A stretch of 64,000 nucleotides of DNA from Sphaerodactylus townsendi (taxonomy: Eukaryota): contig NC_059436.1 of assembly GCF_021028975.2 (NCBI RefSeq), positions 30,628,001-30,692,000 of the forward strand, written 5' to 3'. Positions 25,194 through 36,627 of this stretch are shown piece after piece. Position 1 is the first letter of the stretch. Every line of letters starts with the position of its first letter. The notes under the pieces are model-generated. The model saw nothing but the letters and a program-made list of their open reading frames with translations, was not told the origin of the DNA and searched no databases. The position numbers and the translations under genes were made by a program.

Positions 25194-26076
25194 AGGAAGA
25201 CCTGGGTGTGGACTTCTCACTGTGTTTATGCATACTGAGGAACTGCAGAAAGAACTATCTTCCCTGATGACTACACACAAGTTTCACATTAGTTTTCTTA
25301 TACAGTGTGCTCTTACTGCTCAGAAAGCAGTTACATCTGCCCTGCCCTGCAACATTCAGTAAAAACTGCCTCTTCCCATTAGCCTACTTCTCTTTCATTT
25401 TTCTATCAAAGAATGTGAAAGACCTTGGCTTGGCTTCCATGCATCATGAGCTTCAGGGGTTGTCTGCAAACTGCCTGCTGATGAGAGAAAGAAACAGTTT
25501 TTAGTGACAGATCCTAAGAAAATTTGTTCAGGAAAATATAAAGAATTAACATCTCACAAAGAGGACTGCTATCTGGCAAGAGGACCGTCTGCTGCTCACC
25601 ACCCTGGGCAATGCATTCATGTTTTTATTGGTAAATAAGAGCTGCCAGTGTGTGGTATTTGGAAGCTGTGCAGAGAATCTAGCCTCTTTCCCATGTCATT
25701 TGCCTGCCCACAAACTGCCCCTCCTAGATGCCTCATTTGGAAAACACACAGGCAGCATACAGACACCCTGAGCGCAGAGCTGGAATTCAGATTGCAAAAA
25801 TGGTTTGTGGTAAAGAGTACCACCCTCATCTTCCCACAGCCGTTTCCCCACATCTGGCACCACATCCAATGCAATTTCCCATTGAGCCAGTCTCCCCAGG
25901 TGGATTTCTGCTGGGTTTTTTCCATTATTACTTATAGTAGGTAATCACTATTGAGTTAAAATACTGTCATGATATACAAATTATCAATTAAAAAAACAGC
26001 AACAAGCCTATTGGTAGTGAGTGGGAGAAATGGTGGGCAGGGTGGAGAAACACCAATTGTCCCTGTGGAGGTTCTA

Positions 26077-26307
26077 TCGTGTTTCCCAAAAATAAGACAG
26101 GGTCTTATATTAATTTTTGCTCCCAAAGATGCGCTATGACTTATTTTCAGGGGATGTCTTATTTTTCTGTGTTCTGTTCGTCGGGCATGCTTCCAAACAA
26201 AAACTTTGCTACGTCTTACATTTGGGGGATGCCTTATATTTCGCACTTCAGCAAAACCTCTACTATGTCTTATTTTCAGGGGATGTCTTATATTCGGGGA
26301 AACAGGG
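26077..26307. mobile_element. Tc1/mariner (Tigger-like) MITE
   Basis: TA-flanked with TIR cgtgtttccc-aaaataagaca; same family in reverse at 62054-62313. Confidence 0.8.
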
Positions 26308-28195
26308 TAGTGCAGCTGCAAATTTCCCCCATTGAGAAATGACTTTTCTAATTGTTGCCTGACAGCAAGTTGGCTCTTATATGAAATAGAAGACATGGCT
26401 TGGATTGAGAAAAACATGGTATAATCAGGAGGGCGTGCCATTTTCCTTACTGGCTACCAGTCATCCTCCCGGAGCACATAGCTCATGAACTACGGCAACT
26501 CCATCTGTGAAATTATTTCTCAAACGATAGGATTTTGTCTGTGACAAAGTCAGTGGACAAGCTCCTTTGAGCTCATGCCGGCTGTATGTATGTCATTTTT
26601 AAAAATTTTCAGGTGGTCATCATGTCTATGTAGCTATGTAGACATGACCTCTAGAGAATCACAGCTTGAGGGCTTGAAGCTTCCCAGCTACAAATCTAAG
26701 AAGTAAAAAGAATGGAATGACCACAAAATGGTGACCAGGAAGCATTTTTAAGGGGTAAGTGCAGACTCACTCCCTTGAAAATTCTTCCTGGCGGCCATTT
26801 TGTGGTTGTTCAGGTTTTTTTTACTTCTTAGATTCGTAGCTATGAAGCTTCAAAGCCTTGTACTGTGATTCTTTAGGGGTTGTGTCTACATAGCTACATA
26901 GACACGACTCCTCAAAATTAAAAAAAATGTAAATACAGCATGAGGCAGCTGGTGCAAGCTCAGAAAATGGTGCCAATGAGTACCCATTTCTTTGGCCCTC
27001 AGTAAGCCAAGAAGCAGGAAAGTGGTGGTGGGTGGGGGGGAGTGCCTGGGGAGGCTATATCAACTGCCCTGGCCACCTCTGTGGTCCACAGGTCAGGGCT
27101 TCAATAGGTGTGCCAGCCTCATTAGTCAGTAAGAAACTCCCTGAGGACTGTCAGGATCATCTTCACTGGCCATAATCCTATAGGCAGGGCATGTGCTGGA
27201 CTGTGCTGTGGGAGAGAAAGGGAGACTCACAGCAAAACACCAGGAAAGCAGAATGTTAATTCATTACTTTCTAGCAGGGCCATGCATGGTAGACAACAAG
27301 GCGAGACCGCCAAATTATTCACTCTTGCATCTGATGCAAATGTTCTTGCATTTACATTTACAGAACTCCCCCATGGAAGATGCGCAGGAGGCTAAGGACT
27401 GCCAAGAACAACCAACAATCCTCTTCTGGCAAGGATTCCCTCTGCCCCTATACAGCCCCAGCATCCTCTGAATGCAAATTTCATGACATGACCACTTCCA
27501 TGCCCCCCCCAAGATGACCAGAACCCCCACCCTAGGATTGTGCCCCCTTTGTCCTTGTCCCCTTGACAGCCCTGGGGAGATTAAAGCAATGTTCATTTGC
27601 CTCTGGTCAGTATTCAAGACTCTGCTAGAGTTCTGTATCACCACATTCCCAAAGCATATTAACAGAGGAGAGCAGAAAACATGGTAACAGGCCATAAGTG
27701 GGACAATTGAAAGAACTAGACATGTTTGGTACTGAATAAAAAAATATCAGGATGCTCGAAACCGGACTCTGACTGAGGCCAAAACACATTCCTGCGCAGA
27801 CACAGTGTTGCACTTACAGTGACCTTCTACCTCACTTGTGTAAAGCAGTTTTGTGTGCCCTGCGTTGCCTCCTCCCCTTCTTGTGATGGATCCCATTGCA
27901 GGAATTTAAAAAGAAGGGTCTTTCCTTTACAGTATCTTCATAACATTCTACCTAACCATCCCCACCACCCCAGTCAGGCAGCTGAGAAAGTCATGTCTAA
28001 GGAGCGCAAGGTGTGCTTTCGTAATCCCGGAACAATTTACATGAGGGAGATGGAGAGCTTTTTCTCTGCCAAAGTTTCCTCAGGTTTATCTTTTAACCTA
28101 GTTTTGACAAAGATCCAAAGAAACTCAACCTGAAAGCAAGGAAGAGGGTACTGTCCCTGCATGTGTCTTCAGTAGCAGACAGGAAAAGGCATTAC

Positions 28196-28340
28196 CTGGG
28201 ATTCTTCTGTCTGGGGTTTAGCAGCCTCCTCCTGTATGCTTCATCGGCCAGCTCTTTCGGTTCATCTGCTTTTTATGCTCTCCCCAAAGCATGTGAAAGG
28301 CGTGTCGTCTCCAAAGGAATGGTGCAACATGCAAATGACT
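28196..28340 (-). promoter_or_regulatory. candidate promoter and non-coding exon 1 of the IL36RN-like gene
   Basis: CATAAAAA TATA-like box at 28270-28277, a ~50-nt exon ending at CAG|gtaatg (28196), GTTGCACCAT at 28319-28328 and octamer ATGCAAAT at 28329-28336. The ATG exon has its own acceptor at 22532-22533, so an upstream exon is expected. Confidence 0.5.
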
Positions 28341-29407
28341 GGGTGAGGGCCACTTACAGATTAACAAAACTTTTAAACTTCCTAAATAAGACACTGGGGG
28401 AGCCCAATGGTTGGTTAGGAGGTGGTAAATGTACAGGAAAATTTGAAACGGGGCAAATGTGAGACCACGAAGTTCCCCGTTTATTATAATTTTTATGTGT
28501 GGCTTTCTCTTTCCTCATGGACAAAGGACGAAGAGCAGTGGGAAAGTTGTTTGAAAAGGAGGTTGCAAAAATCCAAGTGTGGCGGTTGTTATAAGGAGCA
28601 CAAAGAAGCTTGAAGACAGAGGGACAGTCCGTGTGGCCAAAGTGGACATCAAGGGGCATATCTTCCCCACCTGACTATCCCCTGTGCTGAGCGAGAGGGC
28701 TCTTTTTTATTTACTGCACTCTATTAGAAGAATGCCCCAGACCACAGATCAGTCAGTGAACTTCATGGTGAGCTGGGAACATACTGGCTGTCTAGAGCTA
28801 ATCAGAGGAATGTAGTAATCAAAAAAGCTTGAGAACCTGGGTCTGCAGCTTTTGTCCTATCACTGAAGGCTGTTTTAAGATAGCCTCTGAGCCTTACAGA
28901 GTACAAGTTAAACATTTATTCTCCAAATTTGTACATTTTACTCAAGTTACCTTTGTGTCATTTCATTACAAAATGTGACTCTAGAAGCAAACAAAACCTT
29001 AGGGGCTCAAGGATCTGAGCAGGTCCTTTAGGGTGTGGAATTTTTTTTTTTAAAGCCTAATTTGGTCAGAGAGTGGAACAGACCATAAAAGGCAAAGAAG
29101 CTGTCAGCAACCAGCCCCAACCAGCCCAGAAGATCACAGATTATTCTGCAGCACAGCCATTAAAAAAACCACTTGCTGAGATCTGGTCATTATTTCCTAT
29201 CATATTCAACAAGTAATCTGGAAGCACAGGCCGAGCCAGTTTCTAATCTATTCTGCCTTGGCACAGAAGGAACTCATTTAGCATCCTGCAAGCGTGGCAC
29301 AGGAGCAGGTGAGGTAGCGCCATGCAGCACCCGACTTGCCACATCTGTTCTGAACAACCTGAAGCGACTTCTGAAGAGAGGAACGGCAGTGAGATGCCCA
29401 CATGGAC

Positions 29408-29541
29408 TGACGTGGGGCTTCCCCTTTTGAAAGTGATGTTAGAGCGCAATGCGCAAGTGGTGAGTGTGTCTGCTTTGACTGTGGCAGATGCCATCCCGGT
29501 TTCTGTGAATGGGAATTTCCTAAAGATGTGGCCGTGAGTCA
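29408..29541. promoter_or_regulatory. inflammatory enhancer-like motif cluster
   Basis: TGACGT 29408, GGGGCTTCCC 29414, GAAAGTGA 29429, GCGCAATGCGCAAG 29444, GGGAATTTCC 29511, TGAGTCA 29535. Confidence 0.65.
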
Positions 29542-29593
29542 TAGATCTGGAAATGCTGGGAGGTTCTGCTCAGGATAAATGAGCCCTTCGGGG

Positions 29594-29757
29594 NNNNNNN
29601 NNNNNNNNNNNNNNNNNNNNNNNNNNNNNNNNNNNNNNNNNNNNNNNNNNNNNNNNNNNNNNNNNNNNNNNNNNNNNNNNNNNNNNNNNNNNNNNNNNNN
29701 NNNNNNNNNNNNNNNNNNNNNNNNNNNNNNNNNNNNNNNNNNNNNNNNNNNNNNNNN
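29594..29757. other. assembly gap (164 N)
   Basis: Run of N. Confidence 1.
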
Positions 29758-30110
29758 CCTGACTGAGGTTAGCTGAAATACGTCAATATGGCGAACACTT
29801 TGAACAGAAGTAGTTCATTGTATGAAGGAGCTTTGTAATCAGACAGTTATACCAATGCCTCACTATCTTGCTTTCAGTCCTTTGGCTGATGGGATGGGAG
29901 GGCGGTAGTGCTCACTAAGTAGTGCTCACTATGGACCTGACAGGGCTGTCATTTGGGGGAGTTCTTGGCCCCGTGACTAGTGTTAGGTAAGCAGGTGGCA
30001 GCCATAGCAAGGAGTGCTTTTTAAGAGCTTTGACTTCGCCAACTGTGGCCTGTCCTGGGCAGAAAAGATGACAGGGAGCTGGAGATGTTCAATGTCTTTT
30101 GGAATATCTG

Positions 30111-30116
30111 TTTATT
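30111..30116 (-). terminator. probable IL1RN poly(A) signal AATAAA
   Basis: tgtaAATAAAcag on the minus strand, ~1.35 kb after the stop codon. Confidence 0.5.
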
Positions 30117-31454
30117 TACAAGCATACAGACATGTCACAGAGAAAGCAAACAAGATTCCTGCAGCAAGCAGCACAACAGCTGGTCCTGCCTCAGATTCTT
30201 GAAGAAAGTAACTGTGCACCAAGCACGCCTCCCCTTTCTCGTAAGTCAAGCTGAAATTTACAAACAACCTGTCCAGCGCTATCAGACTCTCTGTCCAAAA
30301 TCAAACTGCAAACATTCCTCTCTGTCCCTCCCTCAGCTCGTGGGTCTTACATTCCAAAGATTAAAGCTCTCAAGAAACTTTGTTTCCTTAAACAGGGATA
30401 GGTCGATTCATAACACTAGCTATATTGCTTCCCTGTTGTTTGTTAATTCTGAGGGGGAAATGGCATTACTGTGAAATCTCAACCCTTCTCCCAGACCCTC
30501 ACCCCCATGCCCTTTAGCAAAAATACATTAAAAATAACCATTTCCTCAGCCGGGCTGTGCCCTTGAATTAGAATTATTTGAGCAGGATAAAGCATTAGGG
30601 GTGCTTTATGGGGAATTAAGATCTGATGTTGACTTTCTATTTCCAGTGGCAAGGAGCAATCACTAATACCTCTTTTTCTTGACCCTGTTGGCCAGCATAG
30701 GATTTGTCTGAAAGTTTAGTGCTGAAGTAAATTCCTTGTGATCCAAACCAACAGAGACACTGAGGACTATTTGCCCTACATCTCTCCTCTCAAAGTTAAG
30801 ACTGTAAAAGTATCTAGGCATTGTTATCCTAGACTCCCACCAAGCTTGGGATCATATAAATGGCTCTCCCTCCCTCATTTTAGGCTCCTAAAAGCCCTGT
30901 GAATTATGTTAATAGCCTGGAGTGTGACTGGTTCAAGGTTACCCAGGGTGCTTCATAAGAACATAAGAACTGGCTTGCTGGATCAGACCAGAGTCCATCT
31001 AGTCCAGCACTCTGCTACTCGCAGTGGCCCACCAGGTGCCTTTGGGAGCTCACATGCAGGAGGTGAAAGCAATGGTGAATAGCACAATGGACTTACACAT
31101 CTGTAAGTCCATCCCTGCTTGAAGGTTACTAGTGGCTACTGGCCAAGAAAAGAACTTCTGTGTTCCAAGGCACTCTATCTCTAAAGACCAGGTCCTGAAG
31201 ACCAGCAACAGAGGAAGGCTGCCATCACATGGCTTGGTTGTGAGCCTTCCAGAGCTTCTTTCTAGTCACTCTTGAAAACCAAATGTTAAATATAGCAGGG
31301 CTCTTCTGATTTGCCCAGCAAATATACCTTTGTGGCTGTGAGGGATTTCTCGCCCATGACCCTGCCAGAAATTAAACTTTTAAGGGAAAGAGATACTGAG
31401 TGAGGATCCCTGAGTGCCCACACATATGAGGTCTTCCTCTGAGAGCGCTCAGGC

Positions 31455-34400
31455 TCAGCATGACTGGAAGTAAAAGTCAATGACTTGAGATGATCCTGGG
31501 TTCTGAGTGAGGCTGATGGGTTCATTGGATTTGGAAGAGGTGCAAAGGAACCAGCCCGGGTGGGCAGCAGACTCAAAGCGCCACATCCCATTCCTGTAAG
31601 ACCGGAAGAAAGTAAAGCGGGTAGAGTCCTCCTTGCTGTCTTTGTACAGGTCTGAGATGGGGATGCTCTGAAAAGAAGGGGAAAGGCAGTTTAAGTGGGG
31701 AGGAAAAGAACAGCCCTCTGCCAGCTTTCAGGGTAAGAGGTCAAGAAGATACCTGGCCTGACTTTGGCCCTAGAGAGAGAGTCCCCAAGGCAGCCAGGTA
31801 AGGCATCTAGCCCTGCACTGCCCAGTTTCCATTCCAGAATATAGGAGTTCCCCAGTGAGAACTGAAAAATTTCGGCTTTTGGTTTTTAAACCTGAATATT
31901 GTCAGTAATATTCGGCTTTATTCTACTTCACCGAAAATCTTCGTGTTAAAAAAAACCTCGAATCCAAATTTTTTTATCGGTGCTCATGCCTAGTTCCTAA
32001 CATGGATCCGGGGGACAGTGTAGAAGAAAGGGCACACTCCCACTGCCAAAGTGCAATTTCAGCAAAAAACAGTCCTAGATTGGTAATGAAGTGCATGCTT
32101 TGTGCATGAGGTCTCAGGTTCAACTCCAGCTTCAATGGGATATCAAGTGGGATGGGAACAGCTGCTGACAGCCAGATCAAGCCAGACTGAGTTAGATGAA
32201 TCGGGAGTGTATATGAACAACCGAAACTCATATGTTCAGCACACAGTCATGCCTGGGACATCTGAGACTGAAGGAGGTTGAAAGAGAACTCCCATGCTCT
32301 GGGAGTGACTCATAATAACACCACATTACACACCATCACTGAGTCTTGTTGCAGGCTTGCAGCCGGTGTTTGGACAGTTGGATTCGAACATACATAATCC
32401 CCCCTCCCCCTTACCATGCTATAGCCCCCTTAATCAGTGACCTGAGAGAGACTCTCTTTCTTTCTCTCTCTCTCTCTTGTATCTTTGACCACCCACATTC
32501 ATGATGCTGGCTCATTCACTTGCTTTTCTCTCTTCCCTGCTTCCTCAGCCATGACTTCTCTGCCACTCTTCCATATGTACTTTGGTGGGCCTCGCATTCT
32601 GTCCAGGACGGAAAAGAAGTGCCAACACCGGTGGCCTTCTCCCACTTTTTAGTTGCAAAGAGGTTCCTGGTTGTTTATGCTGCTATGAGCAAGCAAATAG
32701 CAAGAAGCCTCTATGCAGCTGCAACCGTGGAAGACTGGATGGTTGGAGGATGGGGTAGACACACGAGCGGCTTGTCTTTCATTTTCCTCCTGGCCAGACT
32801 GCAAGGTTTGAACTCAGTGGGACCAAGTAAACAACCATAAGATCAGGCTGCATCCATCACGCTCAACGTCCCTGTTTCAGTTGCACCCTCCAAGGATGAG
32901 CCGTGTGCAATTCACAGTGTGGTTTCACTGCCAGAAAGAGACAATTCAAGAGGGTGGCAGAGAGCTGAGCCTCCTCACCTCAAGCTGGAGTGCAGGCTGG
33001 GCCCCAAAGGAGCAGGCCAGGCTCTGGCTCCCGTCCCGAATACTCAAGATGATGGGGAACTTCTCACGGTTAAAGTTACGGTTAGGAATCCAGTAAATCT
33101 TCTCTGGGATGGGGAGGGGAGATAAGGAAGAGAAAACCAGTCAGAATCCTGATGCAAAGACAGAGGCATGATGGCTTTCACAATGGCCTTCCTGAAACAT
33201 GAATAAAAACAAGAGAAACAGGAGCTGGCCCAGGACTGCCTCTTTCTAGATCTGGGGAAACGCTTCTTTAAGGGCTCCCAGTCTGGCATTCCACAGGCAG
33301 CCTGCTCACTCCAATTCGGAAGGAAGCAGTTTGAGGGAAAAGAAGCAAGTCTAGGAGAGTTGGCAAATATGCCCAGTTATTTTTTACAAATGACTGCAGG
33401 TGGCTCTTAATGCCAACCTGCACAAATGAAGCATGGAATGCCAGTGGGCCCAGGACAGAAGTGAGAGCAACATAAAGGGGCAGGAAGTGGAAAGGAGGCA
33501 GGAGCTGAATTATTGAGGGAGGAACTTCCTGCCCATCCGGATGGAGAAACAGCAGATTTTTGAGACAGAGGGAAGAGTCACCCCTTCGCTCACTGGCTTC
33601 CGTGGTGGCAGGCCCTTCTCCTTTGGCCATGAAAATCAATGCAGTATTCTGCTAACTTGTCTGGAGAAATGGGAAGGTCTACAGCCAAGAAACTAATTGC
33701 TGCAGGGAAAGGATCTCTGCAGCCCCCACGCATGATAGGCACAAGAATCAATAAGGCAGCATCAATGTGGAAGAAAAATAGTGGGAGAAGCCAACAGACC
33801 ATCTTTCATGCTCAATATGGGGGCCAGCTCCTGGCTGGTATTACTGTTGTGAGGGAGAAAGGCAACTGCTACCTCCACAGGCTGAATGAGAACTATCCTG
33901 CACAGAAGATTTGTGGTCCTTTCTTCCTATCAATGGGAAACCTCAGAAGAGTACAGCACAGACTCACCTTCCAGGGCAGAATTGGGCCCTTGTAGGTATC
34001 CCGCCACTAGCTCATCATTCTGTAGGTAAAGAGATTTTTGATTGATGTCCCAGATTCTGCAACACCAAAACTTAAGTCAAACACGGAAATCATCTCCTGA
34101 GCTCTCAAGAGCATTAAACTTGCCCGTTTTATTCACACATAAGCACTCTCTTCCCTCACACAAACATACAATAAGGACACATCTGCATCTTGTACTTGAT
34201 TGATCGGTGTGCAGGCATTTTATAGGCAGCTTAGTCTACCAGGACAGCTCTGTGGTTAAGCACACACACTACTTGTGGAAAACCTTGCTTGTATCCCTTG
34301 CATTTCCACTTTTTAAAAAAAGCATCTTTGGTAACATTTATTCAGCCCTCCTGCTTGGTCTTCCCTCAGTTTAACTGGCATGTCCGCATAGGTTCATTCC

Positions 34401-35519
34401 ACACAAAGGAATTAAAATGTTTTGCAAAAGTTTTTAAAAAGAATTGTTTTGGTCTTTTTCTTCCGCACAGCATGGGAGAAATACACCATTGCCAGCCAAA
34501 ATGGTTCTTTTTCCTGCCACCTCTCACCCAGCTTTCATTTTTGTTGCACCCACCATTTTGTGTGCTGCTGCAGAGAATGTCCGGGCCTGCCTTGTTTGCT
34601 GAAGGTTTCTCACAGAGGTTTCCTCTGCTAGAAGCTAATCCGCTTCCTAGCTGAATACAGTTAGTTTTCCCTGGCAATCTTGCGTACATGTTTTTTTCTT
34701 TATTAATGTATCTTTCTTTTTTGTTTTGAGGGGGCTGTCATCATAGCTACACAGACACCATCTGAGAATTACAACTGCTCAGAGGGCTGTTCTACCTCCC
34801 ATTAGAAGCAATGGCTAAGGACAGGTCTTAATGGAAGGTAGACCAGCCCTCTGAGCAGCTGTGATTCTCATACCATGGTGTTGTAACTACAAAGACAGCC
34901 CCCTCAAAACAAAACAAAAAAACATGTGCAGGATCACCATGGAAAACTAACTTTTAAAACAGAAATAGCAAGTGGATAAGCTGCTAGCGGAGGAAACCTC
35001 CAATGGGAAACCTTCAGCAAACAAGGCAGGCACAGAGACTCTCTGCAGCAGCACACAAAATAGCGGTCGTAAGCGGTGAAAGAGAAAGTAAGACCTGTGT
35101 GAACTTGGGCGGGAAAAATAAAATGTTTCCTGCTTTCTCCACAGCAAGCAGAAAATGTTTTGACAATGTCTAAGCGGAAAAGAAATGCCAGTTAGAGTTT
35201 TCAATATAAAGCATTTTGAGGCTGGAAGACTGGGTTTTCAAAACGTTTTGGGCTAAAAGCTGTGCAGACTTCCTGCCCAAAATGTTTTATATTCCAGCCT
35301 CAAAACATCTTATTTGTGTTGTGCAGAAAGGACCATTATCTGACATTTTTCTCGCCAGAGAAGAGTTATATGCCAAACTGCGCTGAACATGAACCTCAGT
35401 ATTCTGATTGCATGTAGAATACTCAACGCACTTGTCTACTGTTCATCCATCTTTCCAAAGGACAGTGGTGAGACCCACCCTCCATCTGATGCATCCTTTC
35501 TGCCTCTCATTTAAAAGTA

Positions 35520-35581
<62 letters not shown>

Positions 35582-36044
35582 TTTGTTTGTTTGTTTGTTT
35601 GTTTGTTTAAATTGGGAGTCTGACTGGTCTCGAGAACACAGAGCAAAAGACATACTGAAGACCAGGGCTGGTCAATGAAGGTTTTGCTCATCTGTCAAAA
35701 ATACTTAGGATTTGAAAGCCAGCGTGTATTCTTTTTGCGTTCAGTTTCTGCAAGCTGAATCCTTAGGAAAGAGATGATCACATGGGCAGAACAATTCTCA
35801 TAAAGCCCAGCTATCGCCTGCAAAAGAGCATGTGCTTGTATTTGAAGAACCACTTCCTGCTCTCCCCCCAGTCCCCGTCGATGCCGCACCTCAGAAATAA
35901 TTTGCAAGGTGACCGGGATACTTACCGGGATCTGAAGACCATTATTTCAGCAGCTGGCATTGCACAGACCTTATCCTCATCTAAATAGAGAAGAGAAAGG
36001 AGGAAGAGGACAATGTTACTCAGTAAGGATTGGAGAGGCTTCAT
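31455..36044 (-). CDS. IL1RN: interleukin-1 receptor antagonist, secreted isoform (181 aa)
   Basis: Exons complement(36044-35926, 34056-33968, 33103-32979, 31667-31455) = 119+89+125+213 = 546 nt, GT-AG and in frame. Protein: [181 protein letters not shown]. RIWDxNQK...[10 protein letters not shown] is diagnostic of IL-1Ra; hydrophobic leader and caccATG context. Confidence 0.93.
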
Positions 36045-36627
36045 GGTGAATATGGGTGGATCAGGAAGCTCTGTTCTGTCAGTGTGGCCTTGTCTTTTTA
36101 TAGATCAGCCACATGCTTGGAATGTACATCATTACCCAGCAGTTATTAATTCCATTGCTGTGATACAAGCCCCAGAATTTCCAATCGCTCCTTTGCGTGT
36201 CGCAATCCATGTCACAACCTTTAGATGTCGAAACTTCCTCAAAAGGACAGCTTACGTTCCTGTGGCTGCACACAGACAAAGGAACAGCAAAACGTAAGCA
36301 CAGTGAACAACAAAGGGTCAATTCAATGCCTCCAGCCAGGAAGGACAGACCCTCCAAAGATTTTAGTCTTCCCTTGTAAGAGATAAGCCGAGCGTCAATC
36401 ACCTGACAGGCGCTGAAGCCGGGATCTCCTTCTAACAATGACTTTCAAAGTAAATGCTAGCCTGTTTGCTCACTGGAAACTTTAACGTTCTCATTCAGCT
36501 ATCAGGAAGATACTCCAAACTGTGTAACTGAGGTATATTGAGGGAGCAGATTCACAGCGAGAAGGTTTGAGATGAGCAAAGTTAACAGAAACCCGCTGTG
36601 GTTTTCCAATGACAATGCCCTACCCAT
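31455..36627 (-). CDS. IL1RN: IL1RN intracellular isoform (161 aa, starts [10 protein letters not shown])
   Basis: Upstream exon ends ATGG|gtaggg (36627-36624) downstream of a CATAAATA box (36712-36719). It can splice to the internal acceptor ctcttctctatttag|AT at 35980, giving in-frame G+AT = Asp. Confidence 0.7.
34391..35334. mobile_element. ~940-bp foldback (Harbinger-like MITE) in an IL1RN intron
   Basis: Imperfect inverted repeat centred ~34820; for example 34555-34640 pairs with 34965-35060. Confidence 0.75.
35524..35608. repeat. (TG)n followed by (TTTG)n microsatellite
   Basis: Seen directly. Confidence 0.95.
36095..36240 (-). promoter_or_regulatory. proximal promoter of secreted IL1RN
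   Basis: TATAAAAA 36095-36102, kB-like GGAAATTCTG 36173-36182, C/EBP-like ATTGCGACAC 36197-36206, PU.1/ETS GAGGAAGT 36233-36240. Confidence 0.7.

Noticed and set aside
25557-25630. Alternative first exon for the IL36RN-like gene (AATAAAAA plus GTG|gtgagc)
   Set aside because: Spacing is awkward and the upstream ATG would be out of phase; the 28196 candidate fits better, though neither is proven.
29579-29776. ORF spanning the N run
   Set aside because: Artefact of the assembly gap.
17665-36627. Calling either gene IL1B
   Set aside because: Neither has a full-length pro-domain or an IL-1beta-type beta4-5 region; the sequences match IL-1Ra and IL-36Ra types.
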